From Alphaproteobacteria bacterium (GTDB lineage: Bacteria > Pseudomonadota > Alphaproteobacteria > SP197): DNA of 64,000 bases. How positions within the stretch are numbered: the stretch's first letter is position 1; every line of letters begins with the position of its first letter. The stretch spans positions 3,200,001 to 3,264,000 of the forward strand of contig OZ245842.1 in the NCBI GenBank assembly GCA_965228895.1, written 5' to 3'. This document shows positions 37,817 to 47,393 of this stretch, one piece after another. The notes beneath the pieces are model-generated. The model searched no databases. It was not told the DNA's origin and was given only the letters and a program-made list of their open reading frames with translations. The translations under genes were made by a program, and so were the position numbers.

Positions 37817-38380
37817 CTACTCCGGCGTGAAACGCGAGATCTTCGTACCTTGGATGCCAGCGCCCGCCATCAGGCCTTCCTGATCGAAGAAGAAGACCAA
37901 GATATCCTCTTCCAGCTCCGACACGCTGGCACTGGATGACCAACCGTCGTCACCATAGACCAGCGTCGGCGCGGTGCCGACATCCCAGCCATCGCTGCTG
38001 TCGAGATAGGCGAGCGCCTTGTCGTTCATGAAGAACATGGCATAGCCGAATGTCTGGCCGCCGATCTGCAGGCCGAACGACGCGGCCGTTGTGTCGTAAT
38101 AGCCCTTGGTCGTGTCGCCGGACAGAAGCGCGCCTTCGCCGTACTGGCCGCCGATGATGAGGCCCGCCTTGGTGACGTCCGGGAACACCAGAACGGCGAC
38201 GGCCTTGTCGTTGACCTCTGCCGCGGCCGGAACCGTTTCCAGCAGCTTGGCGAGCGCCGCCCTGGATGCCGCGTCAAGCTCCGCCGCTGTGGCGGCGAGC
38301 GCCGCCGTGTGACCTGCTATAAGCAATACAAAACAGCAGACGGCGAAAACCCGCAGCCCAACCAAACACCGTGCCCCCAT
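37817..38380 (-). CDS. YSC84/SYLF-related secreted protein
   Basis: Signal peptide; VLVFP.VTKAG..GGQYGEGAL, SFGLQIG, GLMAG.GIQGTKI. Confidence 0.88.
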   Translation of the reverse strand: MGARCLVGLRVFAVCCFVLLIAGHTAALAATAAELDAASRAALAKLLETVPAAAEVNDKAVAVLVFPDVTKAGLIIGGQYGEGALLSGDTTKGYYDTTAASFGLQIGGQTFGYAMFFMNDKALAYLDSSDGWDVGTAPTLVYGDDGWSSSASVSELEEDILVFFFDQEGLMAGAGIQGTKISRFTPE

Positions 38381-38660
38381 GATCTTCCCCCTTTGGATCG
38401 AACGGCTCTACGTATGCGGCCGCCACGATATCAGATAAACGGCTGATGACGCGAACCCCGGGAACTGCTGGACCTCGTCCGATTTCTACGCTCACAATAG
38501 CGAGGCCCGCCGAACGGCTGGCGAAGAGATCAGATACCATTGCGTTCAGATCCGTTGCGGAGCCCGTATAGGGGGCTATGTCTTAATTGATTTTGAAGCC
38601 CAGCGTCGAATGCAGGCGCCTGTTTGTCCCGAGTCATTTTGCTCAAAAAGGGAGACAGCG

Positions 38661-39077
38661 ATGACACAGGAAGAGACGAATGTTGCGATTTTGAAGGATG
38701 CCTATTGTGCCTGGCACGAATCAAAAGGTGACGCCGAGGTCTGGATGGACGTTCTGGCCAATGACGTTGCCTTCGGCTCGGCGGCGGACGGCAAACCTGG
38801 GTTGGACTTTACAAAATCGCGCGCATCGAAAGAGGAGGTCGTCGGTTACTTCGAAGGCCTAGCCCGAAACTGGTCGATGGAGTTCTATCACATCAACGAG
38901 TTCATCGCGCAGGGCGCGCGCGTGGTGGCGCTGGCCGAAGTGTCATGGACAAACCGTCACACAGGCAACACCTTCGTCATGCCTAAAGTCGATGTCTGGA
39001 TGTTGCAGGACGGCAAGGCGACGCAGTTCATGGAATACTACGACTCCCAAAAAGCGCTTGAGGCGTGTGAAGTCTAG
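38661..39077 (+). CDS. SnoaL/NTF2-like protein
   Basis: FIAQGARVV, W.LQDGKA..F.EYYDS; GGAG RBS. Confidence 0.85.
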   Translation: MTQEETNVAILKDAYCAWHESKGDAEVWMDVLANDVAFGSAADGKPGLDFTKSRASKEEVVGYFEGLARNWSMEFYHINEFIAQGARVVALAEVSWTNRHTGNTFVMPKVDVWMLQDGKATQFMEYYDSQKALEACEV

Positions 39078-39211
39078 CGAGCTCTGAATCGCGGACCGGC
39101 ACCCGTCGGTTTCTCTGGACCACGATCGATAACTGCGCTCACAATGACCTGCCCGGTTGCCGGGTGGCCGCCGGCGTTTCGGCGCCGGCCCTGTAGTTGG
39201 GACGCGGACCC

Positions 39212-40117
39212 ATGAGGGTGCGAGGTTTCGATACCGGTAACCGGTCGACATGGGTGCTGCTGGCGCTCTTCCTGGCAGTCGTCTGGAGTCTGTCGGGCCT
39301 GATCTTCCGCATGGTCGAGGAAGCTGACGCGGCTCAACTCATCTTCTATCGCGGAATTTCACTTTCGACCTTTCTGGTCGGCCTCGTCGCCTTTCGTTAT
39401 CGCGGCGGCACGGTGCGCGCCTTCCGCGCTATCGGCCGGCCGGGGCTTGCAGCCGGCGCGAGCCTCGGCATCGGCTCGGTTTTCTTCCTCTACGCGATCA
39501 TGAACACGACGATCGCCAATGTCAGTTTCATCATCGCATCCACACCGTTCCTGGCCGCCGCGCTGGCATGGGCCGTGTTGCAAGAGCGCGTGGGACCACG
39601 GACCTTAATCTCCTGCGCGCTGGCGCTTGTCGGCGTCGCCGTCATGGTGTGGGAGGGGTTCGCCTTCGGCGGCTGGTTCGGCAACCTGGCCGCACTGGGC
39701 GGTGCGTTTTTGATGGCGGGCTATACAGTGGCGCTGAGGCGCGGCAGCCAAGTCGACATGATGCCGGCGGTTGCCTTGAGCGGCTACATCGCCGCACTTA
39801 TCGCCGTGACGCTGATCGATAGCTTCGCGATCAGCTGGCACGACTTCCTGCTTGCCGCGCTACAAGGCATCGTTATCAGCGCGCTGTGCAACACCGCCTT
39901 CGCCTATTGCGCGCGTCACATTCCGGCGGCCGAGCTGACGCTGCTCTCGATGCTGGAAACCGTCTTGTCGCCGTTCTGGGTCTGGCTGGTGATCGCCGAG
40001 ACGCCGGAGGGGGCGACACTGGTCGGCGGCGTCGTGGTGCTGACCGCGATCGGATTCGAAGCACTGTGGCCGTTGCGCCAACGCTTGCTCCGCCGCGCAC
40101 GGAGCGTCGGGCGCTAA
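39212..40117 (+). CDS. DMT/EamA family transporter
   Basis: About 10 TM segments; LQERV, LETVLSP.WVWL..AETP. Confidence 0.88.
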   Translation: MRVRGFDTGNRSTWVLLALFLAVVWSLSGLIFRMVEEADAAQLIFYRGISLSTFLVGLVAFRYRGGTVRAFRAIGRPGLAAGASLGIGSVFFLYAIMNTTIANVSFIIASTPFLAAALAWAVLQERVGPRTLISCALALVGVAVMVWEGFAFGGWFGNLAALGGAFLMAGYTVALRRGSQVDMMPAVALSGYIAALIAVTLIDSFAISWHDFLLAALQGIVISALCNTAFAYCARHIPAAELTLLSMLETVLSPFWVWLVIAETPEGATLVGGVVVLTAIGFEALWPLRQRLLRRARSVGR

Positions 40118-40129
40118 CCGAACGTCAGA

Positions 40130-40483
40130 TCACGACGGCGCGCGCAATTCGCCGGCGAGCGCCACGACATCCTGCGGGAACGGGCCGGCCGGGCGGAACA
40201 TCTCGAACATCAGATCGGTGCCGTTCCAGAACGTGATCAACCCCTCACCGCGCGAAGTGCCGATTTCCGCACGTGCGACGAGATCCCAATCGATATGGGC
40301 GTGGTGGGTACCATCGCCGACATCCAGCCGGTCTTCCTCGCCGTAGCGGCGGATGGTGAAGACGCCCACCAGGTTGGCACTGACCGCGTCGCTTCCGTTG
40401 GAGAAGATCAGATCGCCGGAGTTGCAGACCGCGTCCATCAGCGCCCGTTGCGCCGCGTTCATGGGTTTCCGGGGTCGCGCCAT
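40130..40483 (-). CDS. Hypothetical protein, possible HemS/ChuX-like fold
   Basis: GGAGAGG RBS; HHAHIDW and I.F.N..MF patterns; fold assignment is inference. Confidence 0.6.
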   Translation of the reverse strand: MARPRKPMNAAQRALMDAVCNSGDLIFSNGSDAVSANLVGVFTIRRYGEEDRLDVGDGTHHAHIDWDLVARAEIGTSRGEGLITFWNGTDLMFEMFRPAGPFPQDVVALAGELRAPS

Positions 40484-40579
40484 CACCGCCTCTCCAAGCA
40501 AGGGACGGCTACCTTAGATCGGATTACCCCTGATTGAACAGCGATGTGGTTTCGTCTGGTCGCCATGCGGCTGTGACGC

Positions 40580-41950
40580 TCAACGCTGCTTTCCACCCGT
40601 TAAGGCGACATAGACCGGCACACCCGCGAGCAGCAGAAGCAGTCCCCACATCGCGGCCTGGGGACCGGCGCCATAGATCGTCCACATCGAAAAGACAAAG
40701 GCGATCAAAGCAATCGGAACGTGTTTTCTGGGCCCCAAGACGCCCACGTGCCTGCCGAGCAGATGCAAGATGACGCCTTCGGCGAAACAGCAGAACACAA
40801 AGGGCACCATGTAAACGGCGATCGACAGGTCGACGATGAAGTCGTAGATCTCGATCAGCGCTTACAGGGCGCCCGATGCCTGAAGCAGCAGGATCACCGT
40901 CGATAAACCGACAGAGATGGCGATGCCCTTGGCGGCGACACCGTTGCGGTTGAGATCACCGAACACCTTTGGCAGCAGACCATGCCGTGCGGCGGCCATT
41001 GGCACCTGTGACATCAACAAGGTCCATCCGTTCAACGCGGCAAGCGACGACAGGATGACGGCCGTGGCCATGATGTACGCGGCGACCGGACCCCATATGG
41101 TGGACACTGCATCGGCGAACGGCGCATCAGACTTGGCCAAGGCGTCAAGTCCGACAATGCCCATGGTCGACATCGTGCCGGAAACATAAATGACCGTCGC
41201 TGTTGTGGTGCCGGCCATGGTCGCAATGGCGATCGTACGTCGCGGGTTTTTGACGTGTCCCGCCGGCACGGTCGCCGATTCCATACCGCTGAACGCAAAC
41301 ATGATAAGTGGCGCGGTTGCCGAAAGGGCCAGGAAGAACGGCAGCGGCGACGGATTGAGCGGCGTGAATTGGCTCCAATCCACCCAAAACAAGCCGAACA
41401 GTGACACGGCGAGCAGCGGGACCAGTTTCGTGGCCACCAATATGAGCTGAACCCGGCCCGCCTCCTTGACCCCCAACATATTGGCGAAGGCGACACCCCA
41501 CATGGCGATCAACGCAATGATGACATTGGAAAGAGGTACCGCACCAAACCCGGGGACGAAGACGTGGAGGTAATCGACAACCGCTAGCGCGATCGCGGGC
41601 AAAGACGCCCAGATCGCAATCCAATATCCCCATGCCGCGAGGAATCCCGCGAAGTCGCCGAACGCCCGGCGCACATAAGCGTAGGGCCCGCCCGTTTCGG
41701 GCAAAATTCGGCTGAGCCGCACAAAGACAATGCCCAGGGATAAGGCGCCGACCGCGATGACGATCCAACCGATCAGCGCGACGGCGCCATAGGGCGCCAG
41801 GGCGGCAGGCACCAGAAAGAAACCGGCGCCGACAATATTGCCGATGACAAGTGCGGTGCACGACCAGACGCCGAGCGACCGGGGCGGACCGTCGTCCAGG
41901 ACAGACGTTGCGCCTTCGCCCGTCTGAACCTCACCCGTTCTATCCGTCAC
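40580..41950 (-). pseudogene. APC family amino acid permease interrupted by an in-frame TAA
   Basis: GNIVGAGFF, TGGPYAY, FSGMESA; TAA at 40864-40862, then the same frame continues ALIEIYDFIV.. to 40580. Confidence 0.85.
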
Positions 41951-42151
41951 CCGGCCCCCATTGCGATGCGGTCACAACCGATGCCGTCACCCATAGCGCG
42001 AGACGGCCCGAACCGATGCCACCCTTGGGTCTGTGGACGTAACCTGGCGCCTTGCTTAGGTTTGTTGTCCACCCCAATCGGCACGCCGAGACCGCGACCA
42101 TTGTGAGCGTGGCGCTCTCGGCGCAAGAACCCTACACGAGAGGCCGACGTC

Positions 42152-42799
42152 ATGTGTAACCTCTATTCCATGACCTCGAACCAGGAGGCGATGCGCCGCC
42201 TGTTCAGGTTCTCCAGCATCCAGCTCAACCTGCCGTCACTGCCGGCGATCTTCCCCGGTCACGACGCGCCGGTGGTGCGGCGTGGCGGAGAGGGCGGGCG
42301 TGAGCTGGTTATGGTGTCCTGGGGGTTCGTGTTGCCGCAAAAGGACAAGGCGCCCAAACGGGTCACCAACGCGCGCACTGATAAGCTGACCGAGAGCCCC
42401 TTCTGGCGCGGTTCGTTCGAAGAGCGCCGCTGCCTGGTGCCGGCGACCAGCTTCGCCGAGCCGAAAGGCAAGAAGCCGGCGATCTGGCATTGGTTCGGCA
42501 TGACGGGCGATGAACCGCGCCCGCTTTTTGCCTTCGCCGGTCTGTGGCGATCGTGGCGTGGCAAGCTGAAAGACGAGTTTGTCGAGATGGATGTCATGGC
42601 GATCGTGACGACGACACCGAACGAGGTCGTCAAACCGATCCACCCAAGCCGCATGCCGGTCATCATCGACGAGAGCGACCACGACACCTGGCTTACTGCC
42701 GCGCCTGAGGACGCTCTTAAACTCGCCCGCCCTTATCCGGCCGAGAAGATGCGCATTGTCCACAAGGGCGAAACGAAGGACGACGCCGAGGCAGCGTAA
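42152..42799 (+). CDS. SOS response-associated peptidase (SRAP/YedK/HMCES)
   Basis: N-terminal MC; NAR, RRCLVPA.SFAE, IH..RMPVI. Confidence 0.92.
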   Translation: MCNLYSMTSNQEAMRRLFRFSSIQLNLPSLPAIFPGHDAPVVRRGGEGGRELVMVSWGFVLPQKDKAPKRVTNARTDKLTESPFWRGSFEERRCLVPATSFAEPKGKKPAIWHWFGMTGDEPRPLFAFAGLWRSWRGKLKDEFVEMDVMAIVTTTPNEVVKPIHPSRMPVIIDESDHDTWLTAAPEDALKLARPYPAEKMRIVHKGETKDDAEAA

Positions 42800-42802
42800 G
42801 GT

Positions 42803-43591
42803 CTAACCGTCCAACCCCAACACCGCGCGCGGGTCGCGGCCGTCAAGCCAGCCGAGTGTCATCGTACCCTTCAACTCATAGCCGATCAGGCGCTGCAGCG
42901 TCTCGGGCATGGCACGCACGGTGTCGGGCGGCAGTGCCAGATACATCATCTCCTCCTGGCGCAGCCAGCCAAGACTGTAGCCGGTATATAGGCCGATACG
43001 CGGCGTCTGCGTCCGATTGGCGCCGGCGCCATGCCAGGTCGCGCCCTGCCACATCAGGATCGAGCCAGCCGGCATCTCGGCCGGGACCGCGTCGGCGGGA
43101 TCGGGATGGTCACTGGTCGCCAGACGGTGACTGCCCGGCACCACACGGGTCGCGCCGTTCTCGGTGGTGAAGTCGGTGACGGCCCACATTATGTTGACCT
43201 CGAAACAGGGGTGCGGATGCGGCAGACGGAAGATGTCGTCATCGCGATGCAGGTTCTGGTCACCGGCGCCGGGATGGACCTCGATGCCCTGGACACTGGA
43301 GATCTGGTAGCGCACGCAGTTCGGGCCGAGCATCGTGTCGAGCACACCGAGCATAACCGGGTGTGCGGCCAAGTCTTGCAGCGTCGGACTAGAGGCCAGA
43401 ATGCGACTGTGGATACGCTTTGTCCGGTTGTCGCCCGCACCAATCTCTGTCGCCGCGAAGTAGGGCGCGAGATCATTGGTGAGCGTCGTCATGACAGACC
43501 CGTCGACGAGTCCGTCGATGACGGCATAGCCGTTGTCCTGTAGCCCCTGAAGCGCGCGGGCGACCAAGTGAGCGTCTTGCGGTCCGGTCAT
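42803..43591 (-). CDS. Phytanoyl-CoA dioxygenase (PhyH) family protein
   Basis: LHRDD, ENGATRVVPGSH, WHGAGANR, GWLRQEE. Confidence 0.9.
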   Translation of the reverse strand: MTGPQDAHLVARALQGLQDNGYAVIDGLVDGSVMTTLTNDLAPYFAATEIGAGDNRTKRIHSRILASSPTLQDLAAHPVMLGVLDTMLGPNCVRYQISSVQGIEVHPGAGDQNLHRDDDIFRLPHPHPCFEVNIMWAVTDFTTENGATRVVPGSHRLATSDHPDPADAVPAEMPAGSILMWQGATWHGAGANRTQTPRIGLYTGYSLGWLRQEEMMYLALPPDTVRAMPETLQRLIGYELKGTMTLGWLDGRDPRAVLGLDG

Positions 43592-44382
43592 GGCAGGCAC
43601 CAGCCGCCATCGACCGGCAAGATGTGGCCGGTAACGAAGGACGCGGCATCAGACGCCAGGAAAACCACCGGGCCGACAAGCTCCTCCGGCGCTCCCTTGC
43701 GGCCCAACGGCGTCATGCTTTCGACCCGCGCCTTTTCGGAAGGGTCGTCATAACGGTCTTCGCTGCCGCGCATGTGGGATGTCATGTAGCCGGGATTGAT
43801 GACGTTGACCCGGATGTTGTGCTTGCACCACTCAAGCGCCAACTGGCGCGCTAGATGATCGACCCCCGCCTTCGACACGCTGTAGCTGGTCAAGCGATCG
43901 AACGCAACCAGGCTGGCGTTGGACGATGTCAGCACGATCGAACCGCCGCCGCCCTGCTCGATCATGCACCGGCCGGCCAGCTGCGCGCAGTTGAAAGCCC
44001 CGGTCAGGTTGACGCCAATCATCTCGTCCCAATCCTCGGCCTCGATATCCTCGGCGGCTTTGGCGCGGCCGATGCCGTGATTGACCACCATGACATCGAG
44101 CTTGCCAAAGCGTTCGACAGTACCGTCAATCAGGCGCTGGCAGTCGGCGCGGTCACAGGCATCGAAGACAATATCCAGCACGGTGTGTCCGTTATCGCGC
44201 AGCGCGGCGGCGCTCTCGGTAACGACATCGCCCGTGCACCCGCACACCACGACGTTGGCACCGGCCTCCGCCAGGCCATGCGCGATGGCACGGCCCAGGC
44301 CGCGGCCCGAGCCAGTTACAATGGCGGTCTTGCCGGTTAGATCGAACAAAGCCGCCGTCTTCCCGGGTGTGCCCGCGGACAT
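43588..44382 (-). CDS. SDR family oxidoreductase
   Basis: TGSGRGLG, YSVSK, IRVNVINPG, VDGGW. Confidence 0.92.
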   Translation of the reverse strand: MSAGTPGKTAALFDLTGKTAIVTGSGRGLGRAIAHGLAEAGANVVVCGCTGDVVTESAAALRDNGHTVLDIVFDACDRADCQRLIDGTVERFGKLDVMVVNHGIGRAKAAEDIEAEDWDEMIGVNLTGAFNCAQLAGRCMIEQGGGGSIVLTSSNASLVAFDRLTSYSVSKAGVDHLARQLALEWCKHNIRVNVINPGYMTSHMRGSEDRYDDPSEKARVESMTPLGRKGAPEELVGPVVFLASDAASFVTGHILPVDGGWCLP

Positions 44383-44472
44383 GACCATCTCCCTTCGTTT
44401 GGCAAACTCATCTAATCTTAGACAACTGTATAAGTTCTTGATAGCCTCCTTTTCATACAGTTCAGATTGGCC

Positions 44473-45099
44473 ATGGAACCCATTCCTCGACCGAGCACGC
44501 AGCCGGAAATCAACGCTTTTCGACGATCGTGCCTGATTGAGGGAACGATCCTGTCGCTTGCCGAACACGGCACCGCCGGCACGTCGATCAGGACCATCGC
44601 CGCCGCGGCCGGTGTGTCCCATGGCTTGGCGCGCCACTATTTCGAGACCAAGGACGACCTAATGGCGGCGGCCTACCATCATCTTTGCGACGTCATATCG
44701 GAGAGTGTCCGAACGGCAGAGGAAGCAGCGGGCAGCGCGGCGATCGACAAATTGAAAGCGACGCCGCGCGCGGTTCTGTCCCCGCCCCTGTTCGATGACG
44801 TCCGTCGCCTGGCGTTTCTGGAATTCTGGCACGAGATCCGCCACAATCCGACGATCGCAGGGATCCACCAGAAACTCTACGCGCGCTATCGCCGCCGGAT
44901 CGCGCGCCTGTTTCGCCAAGCAGCGGCCGAGACCGGCGCCGCCGTCAACGCTCGACTGGCCGCGATCGGTCTGCTCGCACTTCTCGACGGGCTTTGGCTC
45001 GAGCTGTCGTTGGACCATAACGGCTATTCGCACACCGACGCCCTGAAGCTTTCGCAAACCTATATCGATCAGCAGTTAGCGGCCGGTTCTCCTGCCTGA
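44473..45099 (+). CDS. TetR family regulator (BetI-like)
   Basis: IAAAAGVSHGL..HYFETKDDL; LLDGLWLE. Confidence 0.9.
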   Translation: MEPIPRPSTQPEINAFRRSCLIEGTILSLAEHGTAGTSIRTIAAAAGVSHGLARHYFETKDDLMAAAYHHLCDVISESVRTAEEAAGSAAIDKLKATPRAVLSPPLFDDVRRLAFLEFWHEIRHNPTIAGIHQKLYARYRRRIARLFRQAAAETGAAVNARLAAIGLLALLDGLWLELSLDHNGYSHTDALKLSQTYIDQQLAAGSPA

Positions 45100-45175
45100 C
45101 CTCAAGGAAACGTAGCGTCCGCCAGCGCGCCATGGCAGGCTTTCCGAGAGCGCTCATCCAAGAGAAGTCCGTCCC

Positions 45176-46474
45176 ATCACCACGCCAGACGACAACACCG
45201 CACCGGAAAACGGTGCGACGACAAAACAGCGAAAGCGTGTCGCCGCCAGCGGCATCGTCGGCAATGTGTTGGAGTGGTACGATTTCTCACTCTATGGCTA
45301 CCTCGCGCCGATCACCGCGCCGCTGTTCTTTCCGTCAGACGATCCCCTGACATCGCTGGTTCAGTCCTTCGCGGTTTTCGCCATCGGTTTTCTGGCGCGC
45401 CCGATCGGCGGCATTATCTATGGCCATATCGGCGACCGCATGGGCCGGCGTCATCTCCTCATGCTATCGGTTGTGGCGATGGCGGTGCCGACGGTACTGA
45501 TGGGCCTTCTGCCGACCTATGCAACCATCGGCATTGCCGCCCCCGTTCTGCTCGTCATTCTACGACTGGTGCAGGGCCTGTCTGCGGGCGGTGAATTCTC
45601 CGGATCCATCATCTTTCTGGTCGAACACGCGCCGCCCCACCGCCGTGGCTTCATGGGCAGCCTGTCCAATTTCGGCGCCATGATCGGTGGTCTGCTCGGC
45701 CTGTTTGTCGGCTGGCTGGCGACCGAGTGGCTCGACGGCGAGACGATGAGCGAGTGGGGATGGCGCGTGCCGTTCCTGCTCGGTGTCCTGGTCAGTCTCT
45801 TCGGACTGTGGGTGCGCAAGGGCATGCCGGATTCGCCGGCCTATGTCAGACTGCAGGAGGCTGGTCAGGTCCTGCGCAACCCCATCGTCGCGGCGTTCAA
45901 ACACCAAACGCGGCCGATGCTGGTGACAATCGGGCTCAACTGGATCGTCTCGGCCGGCTACTACGTGGTCTTCGTCTGGCTGATTACCGATCTGACCAAG
46001 GTTGCCGGCCTCACCATGCACGATGCCATGGGCATCGGCGTGCTGGGTCTTGCATTCGGCATGGCGCTGACGCCCGTCATGGGCCACCTTTCCGATCGTA
46101 TCGGCCAACGTACCATGCTGGTCATCGCATCTCTGTTGACGGCGATCGCGGTCGTACCGCTGCTTCTGCTGGCCGATCAGGGAACCTATGGCAGCGGACT
46201 TGCCGCCCAGCTCGGCCTTGCCTTCTTGATGGCCGTGCTGCTGGGCACCATGCCCGCCGTCTTCGTATCCCTGTTCTCGGCAGACGCCCGTTGTTCGTCG
46301 ATGTCGATCGGCTACAACGCGGCGCTGGCGCTGTTCGGCGGCACATCACCCCTGATCGCGACCTATCTGGTCGCGGCCACCGGCTGGAGCGGTGCGCCCG
46401 GCCTCTATCTCGCCGGCACCGCGCTGGTCTGCCTCGCTCTCGTCCCCTTCGTGCCGCGGACAATGCGCGAGTGA
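45176..46474 (+). CDS. MFS transporter (ProP/KgtP family), inferred ATC start
   Basis: In-frame upstream extension ..KRVAASGIVGNVLEWYDF; GDRMGRR, QGLSAGGE; no ATG/GTG/TTG between the in-frame TAG at 45113 and 45266. Confidence 0.85.
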   Translation: MTTPDDNTAPENGATTKQRKRVAASGIVGNVLEWYDFSLYGYLAPITAPLFFPSDDPLTSLVQSFAVFAIGFLARPIGGIIYGHIGDRMGRRHLLMLSVVAMAVPTVLMGLLPTYATIGIAAPVLLVILRLVQGLSAGGEFSGSIIFLVEHAPPHRRGFMGSLSNFGAMIGGLLGLFVGWLATEWLDGETMSEWGWRVPFLLGVLVSLFGLWVRKGMPDSPAYVRLQEAGQVLRNPIVAAFKHQTRPMLVTIGLNWIVSAGYYVVFVWLITDLTKVAGLTMHDAMGIGVLGLAFGMALTPVMGHLSDRIGQRTMLVIASLLTAIAVVPLLLLADQGTYGSGLAAQLGLAFLMAVLLGTMPAVFVSLFSADARCSSMSIGYNAALALFGGTSPLIATYLVAATGWSGAPGLYLAGTALVCLALVPFVPRTMRE

Positions 46475-46494
46475 GCGGTTCCGACGAAACCGCG

Positions 46495-46744
46495 TCAGCC
46501 CGTGTCCTCGTCCACTTCGATCACCACGTGCGAATCCAAAACGAGATCGCATTCCAGACACTGCACTGTGCCGTCCGTGAAAAAAGTCCGCATCGCGCGT
46601 CAGCCAATCCGCCACCGTCTGGCGCCCCGGCATGTCGGTATCACGGCAGATCGCGCGCAGGCTCTCACCCGCCGCCAGCCGGTCGCACAAGGTCGTGGCG
46701 ATCGCTTCGGTATAGGTCGACGGCCGGCCGCTTTTTCTGGTCAG
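46495..46744 (-). pseudogene. Phage terminase small subunit N-terminal fragment
   Basis: GRPSTYTEAIATTLCDRLAAGESLRAICRDTDMPGRQTVADWL; GGGAG RBS then CTG; similarity lost at a T6 run. Confidence 0.7.
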
Positions 46745-46799
46745 GGCTCAGCTCCCGTCGTATGCGTGGCGCCCCCCGGCTTCACGCGAGTTCAACACC

Positions 46800-47228
46800 A
46801 TGACCGACAAAGGCAACGATCAAGCCCCCGACGACATCCAGATCGAACGGCTCGGCAATCAGATCCACATCATGGATCAGGGCAAGGCCGTCGCCGTCAC
46901 GATCGAGGCCAAGAACGGGCGGCGCCATCGTCTGGTGGCCGCGACCTCGGCGGTCGGCAATCTTGTCGGTTACCTAACGCGTGCGCGCACCAAGGCGATC
47001 GAGCGGCTCGAAGCCGCCGGCATCGATCATCAGATCAAGACCACGGTCGACACCGACACGATGGTCGAACCAAAATCGGTCAACCTGGGCGTTGCCCGCG
47101 ACATGTCGATGGCCGTCCTGCAGATCGCCGATGCCAAGGGCGGCACGATCAATGTCAGCCTGGCGCCCAATCTCGTCGCGGCGCTGGCGCAACAGATGAC
47201 ACGCGCCGCCAAGGACATTGGCACCTGA
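46800..47228 (+). CDS. Hypothetical protein (142 aa)
   Basis: Clean ORF with GC3-biased codons; no recognised motif. Confidence 0.65.
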   Translation: MTDKGNDQAPDDIQIERLGNQIHIMDQGKAVAVTIEAKNGRRHRLVAATSAVGNLVGYLTRARTKAIERLEAAGIDHQIKTTVDTDTMVEPKSVNLGVARDMSMAVLQIADAKGGTINVSLAPNLVAALAQQMTRAAKDIGT

Positions 47229-47244
47229 TCTGACACAGCCACGC

Positions 47245-47278
47245 AAACGCAAAACGCCCCGACCGCGAGGTCGAGGCG
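47245..47278 (-). terminator. Terminator just downstream of a promoter (tR'-like)
   Basis: Minus strand CGCCTCGACC-tcgc-GGTCGGGGCG-TTTTGCGTTT. Confidence 0.6.
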
Positions 47279-47298
47279 CAATGCTTCAACGATGGGGC

Positions 47299-47327
47299 AC
47301 CCTAACCAGAATTGTCGCACATTGCAA
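47299..47327 (-). promoter_or_regulatory. Sigma70-like promoter, phage late-promoter-like
   Basis: Minus strand TTGCAA-N17-TAGGGT. Confidence 0.5.
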
Positions 47328-47393
47328 GCAAAAAGTGCCGATACTTTTATCGAAACAAAACAAGGTCATAGATGCACAACGCGCGCATCGTTG

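Noticed and set aside
40862-40864. Selenocysteine or pyrrolysine recoding
   Set aside because: The stop is TAA, not TGA or TAG
42126-42145. LexA box upstream of SRAP
   Set aside because: GAAC-N7-GAGA does not match the alphaproteobacterial GAAC-N7-GAAC consensus
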